DNA of 40,330 nucleotides, taken from assembly GCA_002633005.1 (NCBI GenBank), contig NMRA01000111.1, forward strand, positions 610,412 through 650,741, in the 5' to 3' direction. This stretch comes from Phoronis australis (Eukaryota; Animalia; Phoronida). Below the pieces are notes generated by a model. The model saw only the letters and a list, made by a program, of their open reading frames with translations, did not search any database and was not told where the DNA came from. Within the stretch, counting starts at the first letter, position 1, and every line of letters starts with the position of its first letter. Both the position numbers and the translations under genes were made by a program. Below are positions 1-14,068 of this stretch, piece by piece.

Positions 1-198
1 AGTTCAAACTCGAACTTATTGCTTTAATATTGGGTTTACAAACTGTGAACTAAGGGCAATAAATTATCTTCGTAAGTTATTGTGTACTCGAGCATAGAAT
101 AATAGACACATATCTTGAGTTCGCCCAAAAGTAGAGTAGAAAATGCCAAACCTAATTTCGAGTTCCATTTCGAGTAAAAAGATTGGAGACCGGGCCCT
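1..198. repeat. End of a non-autonomous DNA-transposon-like repeat; relative at about 31200-31393
   Basis: tactcgagcatagaataatagacacatatc (~86) resembles tactcaagcatagaataaaagaaacttatc (~31292). Both copies end in GGGCCC. Confidence 0.5.
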
Positions 199-849
199 GG
201 TGGTGACAATTTTGTTTTTTTTTTTGCCTACCTCAATATCATCTCGATATCATGTTCTTTGATGAATCTTGGTGAAGTTTGGCATAATGTGTTCCTGGTA
301 AGGAGAGCATGGTTGGCTACTGTATTGCTTCTTTGGGACAGTTTGAGTTCTGTTTGCATTTAACTCAACATCCTTCAAGTGTTTAATAGATCTTCATGCG
401 TGTTTCTATTGAGGAAACTACGGCTTGGAGCGGCATCCCCTTGTGGAAAATTATTCACCATTTGCCTTAATATCTACTATGTAAAATTCTTTGTTGGATA
501 TTCTTGAAAGTTGACTTGAGTGTTCATAAAGAGGAGAGCGCATAGGGTCATTAAAAAAACCAAGCATCTTTACATTTTGTGATGGACATAGAGTGCACAC
601 ATCTTGTATTGTAACTAAATTGAAAAATGCGGGCATGCTTTCTAGCACAAAATTTTGTGTACGTGGGAACATGTAAAAATGAATTGCTAATTGTAATAAA
701 TTTTGCTTACGAGAAAGGAACTTCTGATCCAGGGTCACATTGTTGGTATATATTGTTTAATTTCCCCGTTTAATTGGTTTGTCAATCAACATTAGCAAGA
801 GACTGTATAATTTTGCCCTAAGTCCTTATCTATATTTATGTACACATAG

Positions 850-962
850 CCTGAAGGAGGGTGAAGATAGTCGGGAGCCTGAGGTGGATTCAGCTGTTGC
901 CGTGGGCGATGTGGAGCCACTGCCTGCGGACTTCTACACCAAGCCTCTCACACTAGCCAATG
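850..962 (+). CDS. DCTN4: Dynactin subunit 4 (p62), first exon visible in the window; upstream exons lie outside
   Basis: Acceptor tag at 847-849, donor gtgagt at 963. Encodes LKEGEDSREPEVDSAVAVGDVEPLPADFYTKPLTLAN, resembling recalled vertebrate DCTN4 AVDEVEPLPEDYYTRPVNL. Ends in phase 1. Confidence 0.9.
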
Positions 963-3900
963 GTGAGTCAACAGGTGCAGAGTTATCTTAAGTGGCTATA
1001 AACCTGTCTTCCACTACAAAAAGCAACTTTTGAATTACGGTGATAAAGTTGGACTCAAAAGTGTTTCTTAGTCAAATTGGAGGTGATTTCAAGGCTTTGA
1101 AAGAACTAGGCTGTGGGCTGTAAACCACAGATGGCTTTTGTGATCACTTTTGGGGTTTCCAGCCTCCATCCCACCACTTCTCAGACGATGCTCGCCCCAC
1201 CTGACGATACTCGTCTCGATGTTCATCCACTGCCATGTACCCTGGGCTAGATGTCCCAGTAACTCAGATGTTTCCCAAGTCTGATAAGGCTGTACCCTTC
1301 AAATGAATTTCTGTGTGATGTCTTGGTGCACCTGACGTGCATGAGCCCATTTGTGCAAAAATGGATACTTTTGAGGGGAATTTGAAATGAGAGGCTACCT
1401 GTGGACACTATTCAAGAAATGCTGGGGGCAGGAGGCAACCACAAAATTGAAGTGAGTTGTGATCACAGGAAAAGGTTTTTGGCTATGAAAGGGGCATGGT
1501 TTCATTGTGCCCCTTTGACTGTGCATGTATTACTAGTCACAGGTGACAGGCAATTCCATCTTGTTTCGTCTTTGAAACATTTCCACAATCTATTTCTTGA
1601 TAAGGAGGTGGATTCATAACTAGGCTACATGAGACTGAGAAGGTCACCACTGTGACATTGGTTTACAAGTCTCGAATAAGAACCATTGTTGAATATTCGC
1701 CACTCATTAATTGCTTCTCAGAAGTAGATATTTTTGTTTAAAAAACACAAATAAAAATATGGTTAGAATACATGCTAATTGGCTAATGCTAGTAAGTTTT
1801 GTTGGAGCTAAGAAGAAACTTTTGACCATCTGAAATAAAAAAATGGAATGCCACCCAAATTATATCTAATCTTACAGTTAGCACCTAGCCGGGTAGACAG
1901 TGGAAAGATCCAACATAGANNNNNNNNNGGAGAATACAGTGGTGTGTTGGGCATGGAAAACAATAGTAGTCTACGCGAGAAAATAGGGACATGTGAATAT
2001 TAATTAGCTTAGGAAACTGGGTGTAGAGAACAAGGCATATAGGTACCTGGAAGTACCGCTATATCTTGAAAATATGATAATTTTTTTTTCTGAAAGCCGA
2101 AGTTAAAATGACTTTTTAGTATTTAATAGACTATTTTTAGGTGGTTGCTGTAACAGCAAGTCTTAGAAAAAGTCAATATTGATGTTCAAAAAGGATTAAA
2201 TCTACCTTTCAGATTCTCGAAAAGTTCCTAAATGGAACATTCGTCAGTAACAAAAATGTAAAGAGTGTGGAATCATGATGAATTTAAGTGTGATTGATTA
2301 TTAATGATGACTTTGAGGGAACTCATTTTTATTAAAATTAATACAGAATTTAAAAAAAGATGTGATGTACATATCATCAGTGAATTTAGTAAGAATCATT
2401 TGATTTAGCAGCAGAATGTTTGACTTCGAATTAAATTGTAAAAAATTAGCAGTAGCAGCAAGCTCCACTTAAGTTGAAATTTTCACCACTTCATTCCAAT
2501 ATTTCCCAGTACAAGTTTTATTTTGTCATCATTCAATATCATTAATATGTATAAGCTTGTGCACTTTCTCAGTTTCTGAGCTTGTGATTGGCTAAAGAGG
2601 CGACATACAGCACCATCTTTTGCTACAAAATGTTATATTAGGAGGGCATATTATAAATCATTTTTTACAAAAAAATGTACAACTTAAAATGTGGGGATTT
2701 TTCGGATATCAAATTGCAGAAGATATATCTAGCCACGAAACATGAAGTGCCCCCCCTCCCAGATATGCGCACAGGTTGAAAGGACTGGAACTATGGTCTG
2801 CGGCCTAAACTGACTGATCACGATTTCTTAGAAGCAAGTTAATGAAAGTTCAGGTCACGCTATAACTTGGAATTGTATTAGATTGGTCTGGAGAAATAAT
2901 GACCTGTCAGTCCTCAATTTCAGAAATCCCTTCAGAACTAAGTAAGGAGCACGATAAGACCACATTGTAAGTGTTCTGATTCAAAACTTATTTTTTACAG
3001 AAAGCACAGGTTAAATGCCACTTTGAAATTCAAGGGGACTTCAACAATTTGGGCCAATGAGATACTGTGCACTACGTAAATGGTGTGGCACATGTTTTTG
3101 TTTTTCTGGATGTACGTCTCAGAGCTTAGACATTAACTCGAAGTTTCGATACTCGAAATTGCTTTTGTTGGAGTCGAGTTGAACAATATGTTCAGTCAAG
3201 TTGCATGTTAGAGTTTTATATCGAGTATGCTTGACTTCCTACTTGTGTTCAGTAATTGATGAGAGTGGAGTTTTTGTAGTCAGTACCAAAATTGAGCTGC
3301 TAGATGCTAGTCTTGGCCGAGCTGAATTTGAGTCTTACTTCAGGGACAGAATTTGAGCATTTGAAAATCACCTTTCAACTTCTTTGAAGAAGTGACACAT
3401 CTTATAAATTTAATGGTAATGTCCATTATTTCGCTTGATAAGAGTAAAAAAAAACGTGCCTCGAATTCGATATCACAACATTTACTCTGCAGTACCTGTC
3501 TCGATATTAACATGATTCAATTTTCATAGCAATAACATGAGTCGGAACAGGAGTTACAATAACACTGTGAATGGAACTGACAGGCACACAACTGCACGTT
3601 AGTATTCTTAATTGCAGGACCCATTTTTTAACGTTTTTCATTTGTTTTGAATTGTTTGTAATTGAAACTAGACAAGATTTTATGAAAGTGGTGTGAATGT
3701 TCTTGGCTGGAACCATTACATAGTATAAGAATTAAGTTTGTTACCGATCGGCAGCCTGGTTGTATTCGAAGACCTAGGGTTCGGGTCCATCCTGGGCCCT
3801 TTGTCTGGGTACGGGCAGGAATCTCCGTGTCACATGGTCACCCATGGGCAGTGCTTGACAGTTGTCAAACACCACCTAGTGGCTATCACTTGAGAGGAAA

Positions 3901-5819
3901 TGTTGGTAAATGGCAGGTAATTCGTAGCCACGGTCTGTGTTCAATTCTGACTTGTTACCCATTATTTCAACTGATTCTCGGATATTACAATATGTATTCT
4001 TTCTAGATAGTATTTTTACTATGAGTTTACAAACCATGTATGAAGTATTCATATAGTGTTCTATGGCTGTAGGGTTGATATTTTAAAATGTTCTTTTGGT
4101 CTGATTCCTAAATTTCTTGCAGTCTCCCCAGCATATTTCGCTGGACAATTTGGGACTCGATGGTGTATATCACCCCGCACTTCTTGTTGAAATTTAGGAA
4201 CCAAATTAAAAGAACATTTTAAAAACCTGAGTTGCCCCTGGTATTCTCTGTTGAACATATTTTGACTAAAAATTTTATTTTACCTCTGTGGTCTTGATCA
4301 ACCACTTTTGGAGCAGTTTTAAAATGTATTAGCATGCTCCTAACTATGCTAATGTAAAGTAGGAACAAAACAACAATGCTATTTGAACATCATCGCGGCG
4401 TTGACAACTTGTACCGTAAATGTGAAAACAAAAAATTCTGAAAATACTTAATGTTTGCAATAATGACGTACCTTGGGGGCTCATGTAGTGTTATTCCCCA
4501 ACACCCTGTCACGATACTTACTGGACACGGTTGAGTGATTTACGGCAGATCATTTTCGACACTAAACTTGTTCTTAAAAACATTTGCCAATTTTCAACGT
4601 ACTTCATATTCACATCATCGTTATAGCTTGTGTTTCTTAACAATTTGACCAAGCAGTCATAGAGATAACGAATTAGTGTGCACTTTAACATGTTTCGCAT
4701 GGTTAAATCATGCTTAGGTTACCGTAAAATATCGAATAGACTCGTCCATTTTGCCAATAACTTGAAAAATTTTGGAAGTGGCCAAAAAATTAATTTGACC
4801 CCTGGTGCCATCATAAATTTCCTTGCAATTTCCTTCGTACAGATATAACAGTGCTCACTGAAAAAACTGAGGATGAAGGATAATTTCAGTGAGAAAAAAT
4901 GTGCAGTTAGTGGCACAAAGCAGGAAATTTGGTTTAATATTAATCATATGGGATCATGTGGCTTGAGCTAACACTACCTGTTCACCTTTGTCTGGGAAAT
5001 TGGTGATGGATTGATTGGGAAATTTTCTCACCATGGGATATAAGTCAGCTGCTGGCATGATCTCTGTACATTAAGTACTTTAAACATTGAACTGTTGATA
5101 AGCGTCATTATTCAGCATTTAATTTTATGTATGACACTTCATCAATCATTACAATCTCTTGCAATCAAGACATCTTGATAACTTTATCACCCAGTTTTAT
5201 GGGTCGCTGGCTACTCTAAACGAGGTTTCCTGAATCCATTCAGGGAGAACACTTAAAAAGTGTAATAATAATGACTCCCCGACTGGTCGTTAAGCTGCCC
5301 ATGCTGGCTCTAGGTGAAGCTCATATTTACCAAAAAGACTGAGAAAGACCATGGTGTATTCTAAGCAAATTCTCATTTGGTTTTCCTATTACCTTTTCAC
5401 CATTGTTTTCACCCGTCTGAATAATAATTAGCCGTGTCTGTACGATCATTGTATCAGTCCAAAAGGCGTGATAATAAAGTTGATTGTTCCTTTGTCCATT
5501 CCAAGAATCTCCTGGAACTTTTTACATCCCTCTACAACATTTTTGGGTAAAAAAACTGGGAGCTGACTGAATGATTGATTAGCATACTATAAAAAGTTCA
5601 GACAAAACTAAACCTCCTTCCATGTATGAATTACTTATTAGATGTAATCAATAATAAAGCAATAATCATCATTGACGTTCACTGAGGTCAATTCATTGGT
5701 TTTCAAACCATGGTCACAAATGAATGTATGCTTTCATATTATGTCAAAACTGGATCAATATGGGGCCATACCTTTGACATATTTTGTTGGTGTTTTATCA
5801 TGAACAATTTTGAACAATT

Positions 5820-7958
5820 TTTATGCGCTCACATAATTATTTATATATGGGTGCATAGTGCCATCATCTCTTTCCGCTGTGTCTCTAGTGGCAATTTTAG
5901 TTAATATATTTGCTTCTGTATCTTAGGAGTCCCTTGACGGATTTTCATGAAACTCGGCAATTATGTTTTAATATGAAGGTGATTATGTTGTTCCATTTTT
6001 GTACAGATTCAACAAATCTTACGCCACTTTTTGCGTCTATGGGCTGTATCTCCTTAAACCTACAAAGGATCTTTGCAAAATTTGGCAGATTGGCTTCTGT
6101 AGAAATGGCAACAGATGACATTGAATTTCAGACTAATCGTACTATAGGTGTGCCCCCTTGTGTCAATTGTTTTTGCATTTGCCTCTATATCTTAGGAGTT
6201 CTGTGGCTTATTTTCATGAAATTTGGCAAATCGATGTGTTTTACAGAGATGACACCACCTTCCCAGTTTGGTTGGGTTTGACATATTCTGCAATACCTAA
6301 TAGTCATCTTTATGCGCACACATATTTAAATGTGGACGTATTGTGCTGTCATCTCCGTCTGTCCTGCATTCGTCCGGTGTCCGCTGCTCTATCTCCAAAA
6401 CGCCTTGATTTATGTTCATGAAATTTTGCATGTGTTCCTTCTGTGGATGGGATGGCATGAGCGAACTTTCGGATGAATACGACTACTTTTGTGCCCCCTA
6501 GTGGCAATTTTAGTTTTTTACGTTTACCTTTGTATCTTCAAAAGTCCTGAATGGATTTTTATAAAATTCGGTGTATAGGCATCTATTAGCGAGATGACGC
6601 TACCCTCCTGTTTTCGGATGGATTCGATGTAGTTTGCGCCACCTCATGGCCATTTTTACTGGTCATCCACCCCTCTATCAACCAAACCACTCAAAGGATG
6701 ATTATGAAAATTGGCATGTATGTTCTTACTATGTAGTGGACAGCTGACGATGATTTTCCGACGACTTCGACTACTGTGGCGCCTCCTAGTGACAGGTTTT
6801 TTTGCGACTATGGCTGTATCTCCTAAACCATTCGGAGGAACTTTACTAAATTAAGTAAATGTATTAATATGATGTCAACAACGAAGGTCGACGACTTTCG
6901 GACGGATCTGACTACTGGTGTGCCACCTAGTGACAGTTTTATTTTTTACGTTTACCCCTGTATGTTCAAAGGTCCTCAACGTATTTCCATAAAATTTGGT
7001 GTTCAGGCATCTGTTGATGAGGTGACGCTATCTCTCCGTTTTCATATGGATTCGACATAGTTTGCACCACCTAGTGGCCATTTTTACTGTTTTCGAGTCT
7101 GTTTTTTGGCATCCACTCGTCTATCAACCAAACCGCTTTCAGGATAATTGTGAAAATTGGCATGTATGTTTTTACTATGAAGTGAAGTGCTGACAATGAT
7201 TTTCCGACGAGTTCGACTATTGTGGCACCTCCTAGTGGCAGTTGTTTTGCGCTCATGGCTCTGTCTCCTAAACCGTTTGTAGAATCTTTACTTAATTTAG
7301 CAAGTGGTATGCCCCCTAGTGGCAATTTTAGTTTTTTACGTTTATTAGTCTGTATCTTCAAATGTTCTTAACAGATTTTCATAGAATTTTGAATATAGGC
7401 ATCTATTGGTGAGATGACACTATCATCCTGTTTTTGGATGGAATCGAGGTATTTTGCACCACCAAGTGGCCATTTCTGGTGTTTTCAAATCTTGTTTTTG
7501 GCGTCCACCCCTTTATCGACCAAATCATTCTGGGGATGGTTTTGAACATTGGCGTATATGTTTTCAGTGTGAAGAAGATGTTTGATGATGGTGACTGACT
7601 ACTGTGGCGCCTCCTAGTGGTAGTTTTGTTCTGTTTTGCGCCCATAGCTGTGTCTCCAAAACCCACTGCAAGATCTTTAATTTAGTTAGTGGATTTACTT
7701 GATGATAACAGACAACTTTCAGGCCAATCAAACGGTCGCTGTTCCCACAAGTGGCAATTTCGTCTTTTTCTGTTTTCCTTTGCTTCTCTGAAGTTCCTTG
7801 ACAGATTTTTATTAAATATGGCATGTGCCCGTTTTTGGATGGTTTGTACGTTTTTGCGCCATCTAGTGGCCATTTTATGATACAAATAATTAACCCTAAA
7901 AGCACACCATTTGTGACGCATTTGTGGGCGCATTTTAACACTCCGCGTTGCTCTTGTT
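5820..7958 (+). mobile_element. Helentron-associated (HINE/DINE-1-like) repeat; truncated head at 5820, full copy about 6309-7958
   Basis: 5' hairpin ATGCGCnCACA...TGTGG, degenerate (CCGT)n tract, and ~143-bp tandem core units. The 3' sub-terminal inverted repeat TGTGGGCGCAT is followed by GCTCTTGTT. Other copies at 13591, 14380 and 22583. Confidence 0.7.
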
Positions 7959-7970
7959 ATGATACTGGGT

Positions 7971-8039
7971 GGTGTGTGTGTGTGTGTGTGCGTGCGTGCA
8001 TACGTGCGTGCGTGCGTGCGCGCGCGCGTGCGTGTGTGT
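7971..8039. repeat. (TG)n/(CGTG)n/(CG)n microsatellite
   Basis: Alternating purine-pyrimidine run, read directly. Confidence 0.95.
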
Positions 8040-8632
8040 CACTGGCTCTTTCCACCCTGCACATCTCCCAGTTCCTGGCGTTTCTGAAGTGCCCATGTCT
8101 GATTAATCGCCTACCCCCTGAATTTGCAGGCCAGCCAAATTAAGTACCCATTCACCCAAATGTTTATGATGCAAAATATCATAATGATTTAAGGAGAGCG
8201 GTCAAAGCTTTTTACTGCTGTTTACCTTTGACACCAGGGCTAGTTTGGACTTGTTCATTGCTTCTTTATGGAATTGATAATGTGAAAAATCAGTTATGAA
8301 TACTGCTGTGATTTTACATTGGATATGGTACATCTACGCACTGTTTTGTAATGGTTGACGTAGCAGCTGATATTGACTGACTAGCAGCTTTCCGCTCAGT
8401 TGCATTATTTTCGCCTGGAAAAAGGTTATTGTATTCCTTCAGGAGGAGGGAGCTGTTTTGTACACTTGTGAAATTCGCTTTGACTATCAATGGTTCTTTT
8501 ATGTATTGAACACACATCATGCTAATCTTACTAGTATGCCATCTTATAAAGTTCATAAATCATGTTGTGGTTCCTGATATCTTCATGATTTCATTGACGC
8601 AGTGTTGAACTAAGTTTTGACTGCATTTTCAG

Positions 8633-8742
8633 TGACCACTATCCAGCAGCGACTGTCTGTGCCAGAGTTTCAGCCAAAGACCACGGACTCCTTGTATCCA
8701 ATCCACAAACATCTACTGATCAAGAGATCTCAGAGATGCCGG
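8633..8742 (+). CDS. DCTN4: Dynactin subunit 4 exon
   Basis: Boundaries ttttcag| and |gtaggt. Encodes (V)[36 protein letters not shown], matching the DCTN4 motif VTTLQQRL...[17 protein letters not shown]. Phase 1 in, phase 0 out. Confidence 0.96.
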
Positions 8743-9314
8743 GTAGGTTATATGGCATACGTCTGTTTAGTTTTGCTGCTGAATTTAGACAATGTTGGTG
8801 GCCTGTTTTTGTCTCTTAATGGCAATCCCTCAGTGGACAAAACAGGAAGATTAAAATTATCGAGTTCGAGACTCACAAAAGGGTGGACTCATTTGGAGAT
8901 GTGTACATGTTCGCTCAGTAATAGTGACAAAGATGGATATGGTTTAACACAGTTGTATTGCGTAGTTTAATGACATTGCTAAAGTCAGATGTACCAGAGA
9001 TAATGGCACAGTTTGGCATTCATGCATTACGTTAGATGCAATGTAACAAACACATTTTACTGAAACATTTCCATGTTATGTTAAAAAATGCATGTGCGCA
9101 TGTATCAAATCACAAAGACGGGAAATTCGAAAAGGTGCTATCAGGAATAAGTCAAGCTGAGCATTTTTGCTACATGGCTGTACGCATGTTGTTGTATTGT
9201 TAACTTGCCAATTTTGTTGACTTGAAAAATAAACGTATCATTAATGTGTTCACAAACACTTGCTTTTTATATGCGTCATTGATTGCATAATTATTAATTT
9301 AATTTTATTTTCAG

Positions 9315-9388
9315 GATTGTGAACATAATCTGACGAAGCCGGACTTTAATCCTTCATCTATAAAATTCAAGATTCAGCTTGTTGCAAT
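9315..9388 (+). CDS. DCTN4: Dynactin subunit 4 exon
   Basis: Boundaries ttttcag| and |gtaaga. Encodes [24 protein letters not shown], versus recalled [23 protein letters not shown]. Phase 0 in, phase 2 out. Confidence 0.96.
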
Positions 9389-10990
9389 GTAAGAGAAGAA
9401 GGTCAACCATCTTCACTTGTTCAGAGCACTTTCAATAGGATTATCTGAAAATTCCTAAAACCACCCGCCAAACCTGACACACGCCCTCAAGATAAGTTCT
9501 TCAGACTAGAAAATACCTCATGTTCAGTGCTACCTACAGTCTTCAGGGACACTAATTTATCTTTTCTAGAATTTATTGGACAATTTACAACAGCCTTACA
9601 TTACCTTGAAGTTTTATTCAGTCATTTTTATGCTTTTGTCAGCATTATTAGAAGAACAAGAACTGCTATGTGGTACACTTACGTTGGTCAATGATGAGCA
9701 ATTTTGTCCAGGATCTTTGTGAATAAATGTTTCCTTGCGCTAGGTGGGAGTTGAGCTGCTAACGTCTTAAATTACATAGTCGTGTTCAAATCCCACCTCG
9801 CCCCAGGGTAAATGAATAAAAATTGCCTGTGAGAAGTTCTCATCGTTGATGCTGTGAGTGTACTACTACCTCACATAGCAGTGCTCGTTTTCCTAAAACG
9901 CTCTAAAATTAATATAAGTCCTGAGAGTTGGCAAAATTACCAAATGAAATGTCGTGCCAATGTAAATAGTCTTGAGGTTGGGGTAAATAGACCAAGAGAT
10001 TTTAGAAATGATGTTACTATATCACCACCTGTATGTGATTTTAAGATGTCTTTTCTGACTAGTACTTGCCAGTCTTTGATTTTTTTGTTGAAATTGAAAT
10101 TAGAAAATCCTGATCTTGAATTCAATAATCAATATGTAACAAAATAGCAGGGAATACTTCGACTTGATGCAGATGACATTTAAATGTTTAATTCGCTGCG
10201 CCACCTAGGATTATGAGGTTCCAAATGAATATAAGCACTAGGATTCTGAATTAGTCCATGAAAATTGTGATTGTATCTCATAGTGTTCTTCTACTTTCAA
10301 TACATGGTATGTATTTCCTGTATACATTTTAATATATGAGTTATCACCTGAGAAAAAGTGCTCATCAGTGGAAATAAACATTCAGTTATAACTTCCATTC
10401 AGCTCTATGTAGCTTGTTTATTATATTTCATCACACATTCCATAGCGGGCAATTAGCTTATTTAATTTGTGATTTTAAAATACAGTTATAGTTTACTATA
10501 ATATGGCAGTATCGACCTTAATTGCATTATCGGGAACGATAACACATGCAGTGAAATTCATGTTCTCGTACACAAAGTTATCTGCTGAGTAAGGCTATGC
10601 TGTGTTGTTCTTGAAGGCTGTAGTTGTAGCAGGTTTGCCACACACACAACTATGAGGGGAAATTCACATCAGAAAACCCTGTCTGACAAATAGAAAATTG
10701 AACATTTATCACTGACTGTACACTACGCCATTGTATAATAATTGCTTCTTTACCTCAGAATGAGACGTAAGATCAGCGTTTATGTCTGACAATTGAATTG
10801 ATTGTTAACGTTATTGTTTGTGGGTACTGAGTAAAATGAAATGAAATTACATTTGTCTGGAAAAAAAAAACTGTCAAATATGACTTCTTGCTTGTTTGCT
10901 CTATCCATTTTTGTTACGATTTTCACTGGCATAGTAAAATTTGAAAATAATTATTTCAGTATCTATTGCTTGATTTTATGATTCTTCCAG

Positions 10991-11045
10991 ATTTCATGTA
11001 CCGGAGATCAGAATTAGAAAGAATCAGAAGTTAGTCTACAACCAG
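10991..11045 (+). CDS. DCTN4: Dynactin subunit 4 exon
   Basis: Boundaries ttccag| and |gtaagg. Encodes (I)FHVPEIRIRKNQKLVYNQ, versus recalled YIPEVRI. Phase 2 in, phase 0 out. Confidence 0.9.
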
Positions 11046-13254
11046 GTAAGGCAGCCTACTCGATTTCTGTAAAATAACTTCAGTATTCTGTTTTTGTTCA
11101 GCATAAATGTTCATATCTCACTATAGCCTATTTCCAGCAGTGCGGTTAACCTTTGAAATAAGCTTGTGCTAATATAGTGATAAAGGTTTTGAGTGTTGGG
11201 AGTTAATCTTAAGCACTCTCAGCTAAGAAACGTGATATGTGATACGACGAGGGATTGAAAGCAGTGCAGTGTTTGATCGTTCATTTCTTTGTCGTCGAAT
11301 TGCCAGGGTTGTAGGTTGATATCACACAAAAGAAATGATGCCAAATTTTTGGGAATGAAAGTGATTATTTTTTATCTTTCTGAAATTAAATTTAAGATTG
11401 GATCATTAGTGGATATTACATTTAATAATTTTGTGATTTTTGCTGTTCTGTTTGCATGTTGGTTGTTTGCCATTAGATCAGGATGACAATGCCAGCTGCA
11501 ACCTCTGGGGCTGATGTTTACTGATGTTTCACCTTGGAATTATTTTTTTAAGTGACCTCATAAATCTAAAAACAACCTTTGTCATCTAAAAAGAACATAT
11601 TGGGAAAGAAGAGAAGACCAGGATTATGAAAATATTTTTACATCTATGTGCCATTATTATTAATACATTTACATCTTTTTAAAGTCAAAATTTTCTTTTA
11701 AGAAAGGTACATTCATAGAAAAATAACCCCGCGGCCAATTTAAACCTTTTTTAAATGAAAACTTCACCAATTACCTCAAACACACTGTTAGGAATTTTCA
11801 ATTAGTCTCTTAGTTTGGTTTGTATGACAAATCAACTCTCAAAAATAGCAGTCATATTTGTCTTTGTTACACTACGCAAAACTAGACCTTAATATCGAAA
11901 ATGCTAATATTGTCATTGAGATTGATGAACAAATATCAAGTTTGGAAAGTTTAAATGAAATCCACCAAGCCGTTTTTGAGAACTCATGTTCCAAAGTTCA
12001 ACTTATTGATTTGCTGAAGTGGAGAAAAAGCCGGCTGAGTTGTGAGAGTTGAAATTGTCCAGGTCTTCACTTAATTATTTAGTAGAAACTTGTTTTCAGT
12101 CAATATAACATATACATGCCTTAACCATGTTTATTTTTTCAGCATTTACTCCCAATGTCAACTGAATTTGCTGTGCATAATTAACTTAATTATCACTAAA
12201 ACCCTTTAATTTTGTGACTGTCTCTTGTCTGAAAGCGGAATCAACTGTTGACCTACTTAAAAGTAGGTCAACAGTTCATTGTTATACACACCACGGGCCA
12301 GGAGACTGATTGGAAACCAAGTACATAAGAGACAACAGAAATCGAGTTGGTGGTTAAAGCGCATTGTGAGCATGAGATCGAAGCATTGAAATGTCAGATT
12401 AGGTGTCAAATTAATGAATTTGGGAGACAATTTATCTCAATTCACAACTTATTTGTTAACACAAAGTCACAGAGTCATGCGATGGTTGTTTGCATGCAGA
12501 TATACAAACTACATTTTGTCTCATTTTCCCCAGCATCTTTTTATCACATGTGCACCTTGTTGACTCAATATCATGGCAACTCAGTAAATGAATGTACTGA
12601 ACATACATACGGAGCTGCTCTATGACGGGAGGGAGGTTCGATTTGTGTAACAGCCCTGTAACCTTTGGCCTCAGATAAGTAGTAAACAAATTTCACATGG
12701 TTGTGCAGTTCTAAGATGGCTCTGCTAAATCTTTTTTCCCCCACTACTTCGCTTTTTGAAGTTCCCCGAGAATTAAGATAAGGTTTTTTGCCAGACGTGT
12801 AATGTAAAAATGGACAATTTTAAATTTGTGAATAAGGTTTGAAATATCCTTAAGTTTCAGGATATAATTTCGTTTTAAATAAAAAATTTTTACACGAAAA
12901 TGATTTCAATCTTCACTTGGATGTTCTAATAGTTTGTGTTCAGTGTCGACTAGCTGTAAATCTGTGTGTCAACTGCTCAAGTTTGGACATGCTAGGCCAT
13001 TTTGCGATACTGGTATCCGTTCTGCTCTGTTTTGGAAATTTGTGCTAAAAAGACTATTCCTACTTCCTCTGACTGTAGAGAATGGGTCAACCTGGGGTTT
13101 GCTAATAAAAAAACATTATTGGTTGTCATCTTTTAATTACACTGCACACTCTGGTGATGCCTTGTTTACACCTGGGTTACACAACAGTTACTGTACTGCA
13201 GAATTTACTTTGTGAAAGGATATTCTTTGTTATAGTGTTCTTCATGCTTTGCAG

Positions 13255-13356
13255 GAGAATGAAATTGAGCTGACCCTGGTGAACCCAGCGCAGAATGTAA
13301 CTAATGTCACGCTGCTTCCTGTTGACCCAGATTTGGATGACTTCTCCACCGCTAAG
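13255..13356 (+). CDS. DCTN4: Dynactin subunit 4 exon
   Basis: Boundaries ttgcag| and |gtaggt. Encodes ENEIELTLVNPAQNVTNVTLLPVDPDLDDFSTAK, versus recalled LTLTNPVENLTHVTL...NSTAK. Phase 0/0. Confidence 0.93.
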
Positions 13357-13590
13357 GTAGGTCACAGCAATGGCTCGTTTTGATCATTGTATGTCAAATG
13401 CAGGGCATAAGAGTATCAAGTCATCTAGTGGCTTGGCATACACATTGCTGTCAATTTCTGGAAGTGTTACTGAAATAAACTAAAAAGTCAATGGTATGTG
13501 ATAGCACCATCCCAAACTGTACAGTGCCACTTAAATTGTGCAGTATTTCCAAACGGTGCTTACCGTTCATCACACACTTTCCCAGTGTCA

Positions 13591-13680
13591 TTTTTATGCG
13601 CCCACATATTTATTTGTGGGCGCATTATGCCGTCATCCCTGTGCGTCCGTCTGGCGTCCACTGCTCTATCTCCAAAACCC
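13591..13680 (+). mobile_element. HINE-like 5' head fragment
   Basis: ATGCGCCCACA-tatttatt-TGTGGGCGCAT, a perfect 11-bp hairpin, then sequence matching the 6309 and 22583 heads. Confidence 0.7.
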
Positions 13681-14002
13681 TATTCAATGAACATCTGACT
13701 CAGCTTCTCCAGCCATTTTCCTGGGCATTACCATGAACTTAAAACGTGAACATAAAATTCTGTATTGGATGTTTTGCGCAAAAATGTATCAGGTCAAGGT
13801 CAGACACATTTTGATTAAATGCATTGTCGAGAGATTGTCTTTTAATTTGGGAAAAGTCACATTGAGATTGATTTGAAAACACTCAGGAGGTCTAATTCTA
13901 ATTTGGGCTTTTGGCAGTAGTTGGGCAAGAAATGCTGCTTTTGATATTTGGTGAAATGCATAATGTGGTGTCTGAGGCAGCTCACTGAACCAGTCCTAAA
14001 AC

Positions 14003-14068
14003 GTCAATCATAATGTCAATCATAATGTCAATCATAATGTCAATCATAATGTCAATCATAATGTCAAT
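14003..14068. repeat. 12-bp tandem repeat (GTCAATCATAAT) x5.5
   Basis: Exact repeats, read directly. Confidence 0.95.

Noticed and set aside
451-738. 95-aa minus-strand ORF
   Set aside because: Intronic and antisense, with no recognisable motif.
5180-5420. Possible Pif1/Helitron helicase remnant (HGQL-like on the minus strand)
   Set aside because: Only a few residues match and there are many stops; it needs a translated search to be credible.
6490-7870. CRISPR-like regularly spaced repeats
   Set aside because: The context is a eukaryotic intron, the spacers are homologous to each other, and there are no cas genes.
5910-7941. Many short ORFs with repeated LPLGG motifs
   Set aside because: These are translations of the non-coding tandem core of the HINE-like repeat.
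9735-9812. B-box-like GTTCAAATCCC with an imperfect inverted partner (tRNA/SINE?)
   Set aside because: No cloverleaf, A box or second copy could be established.
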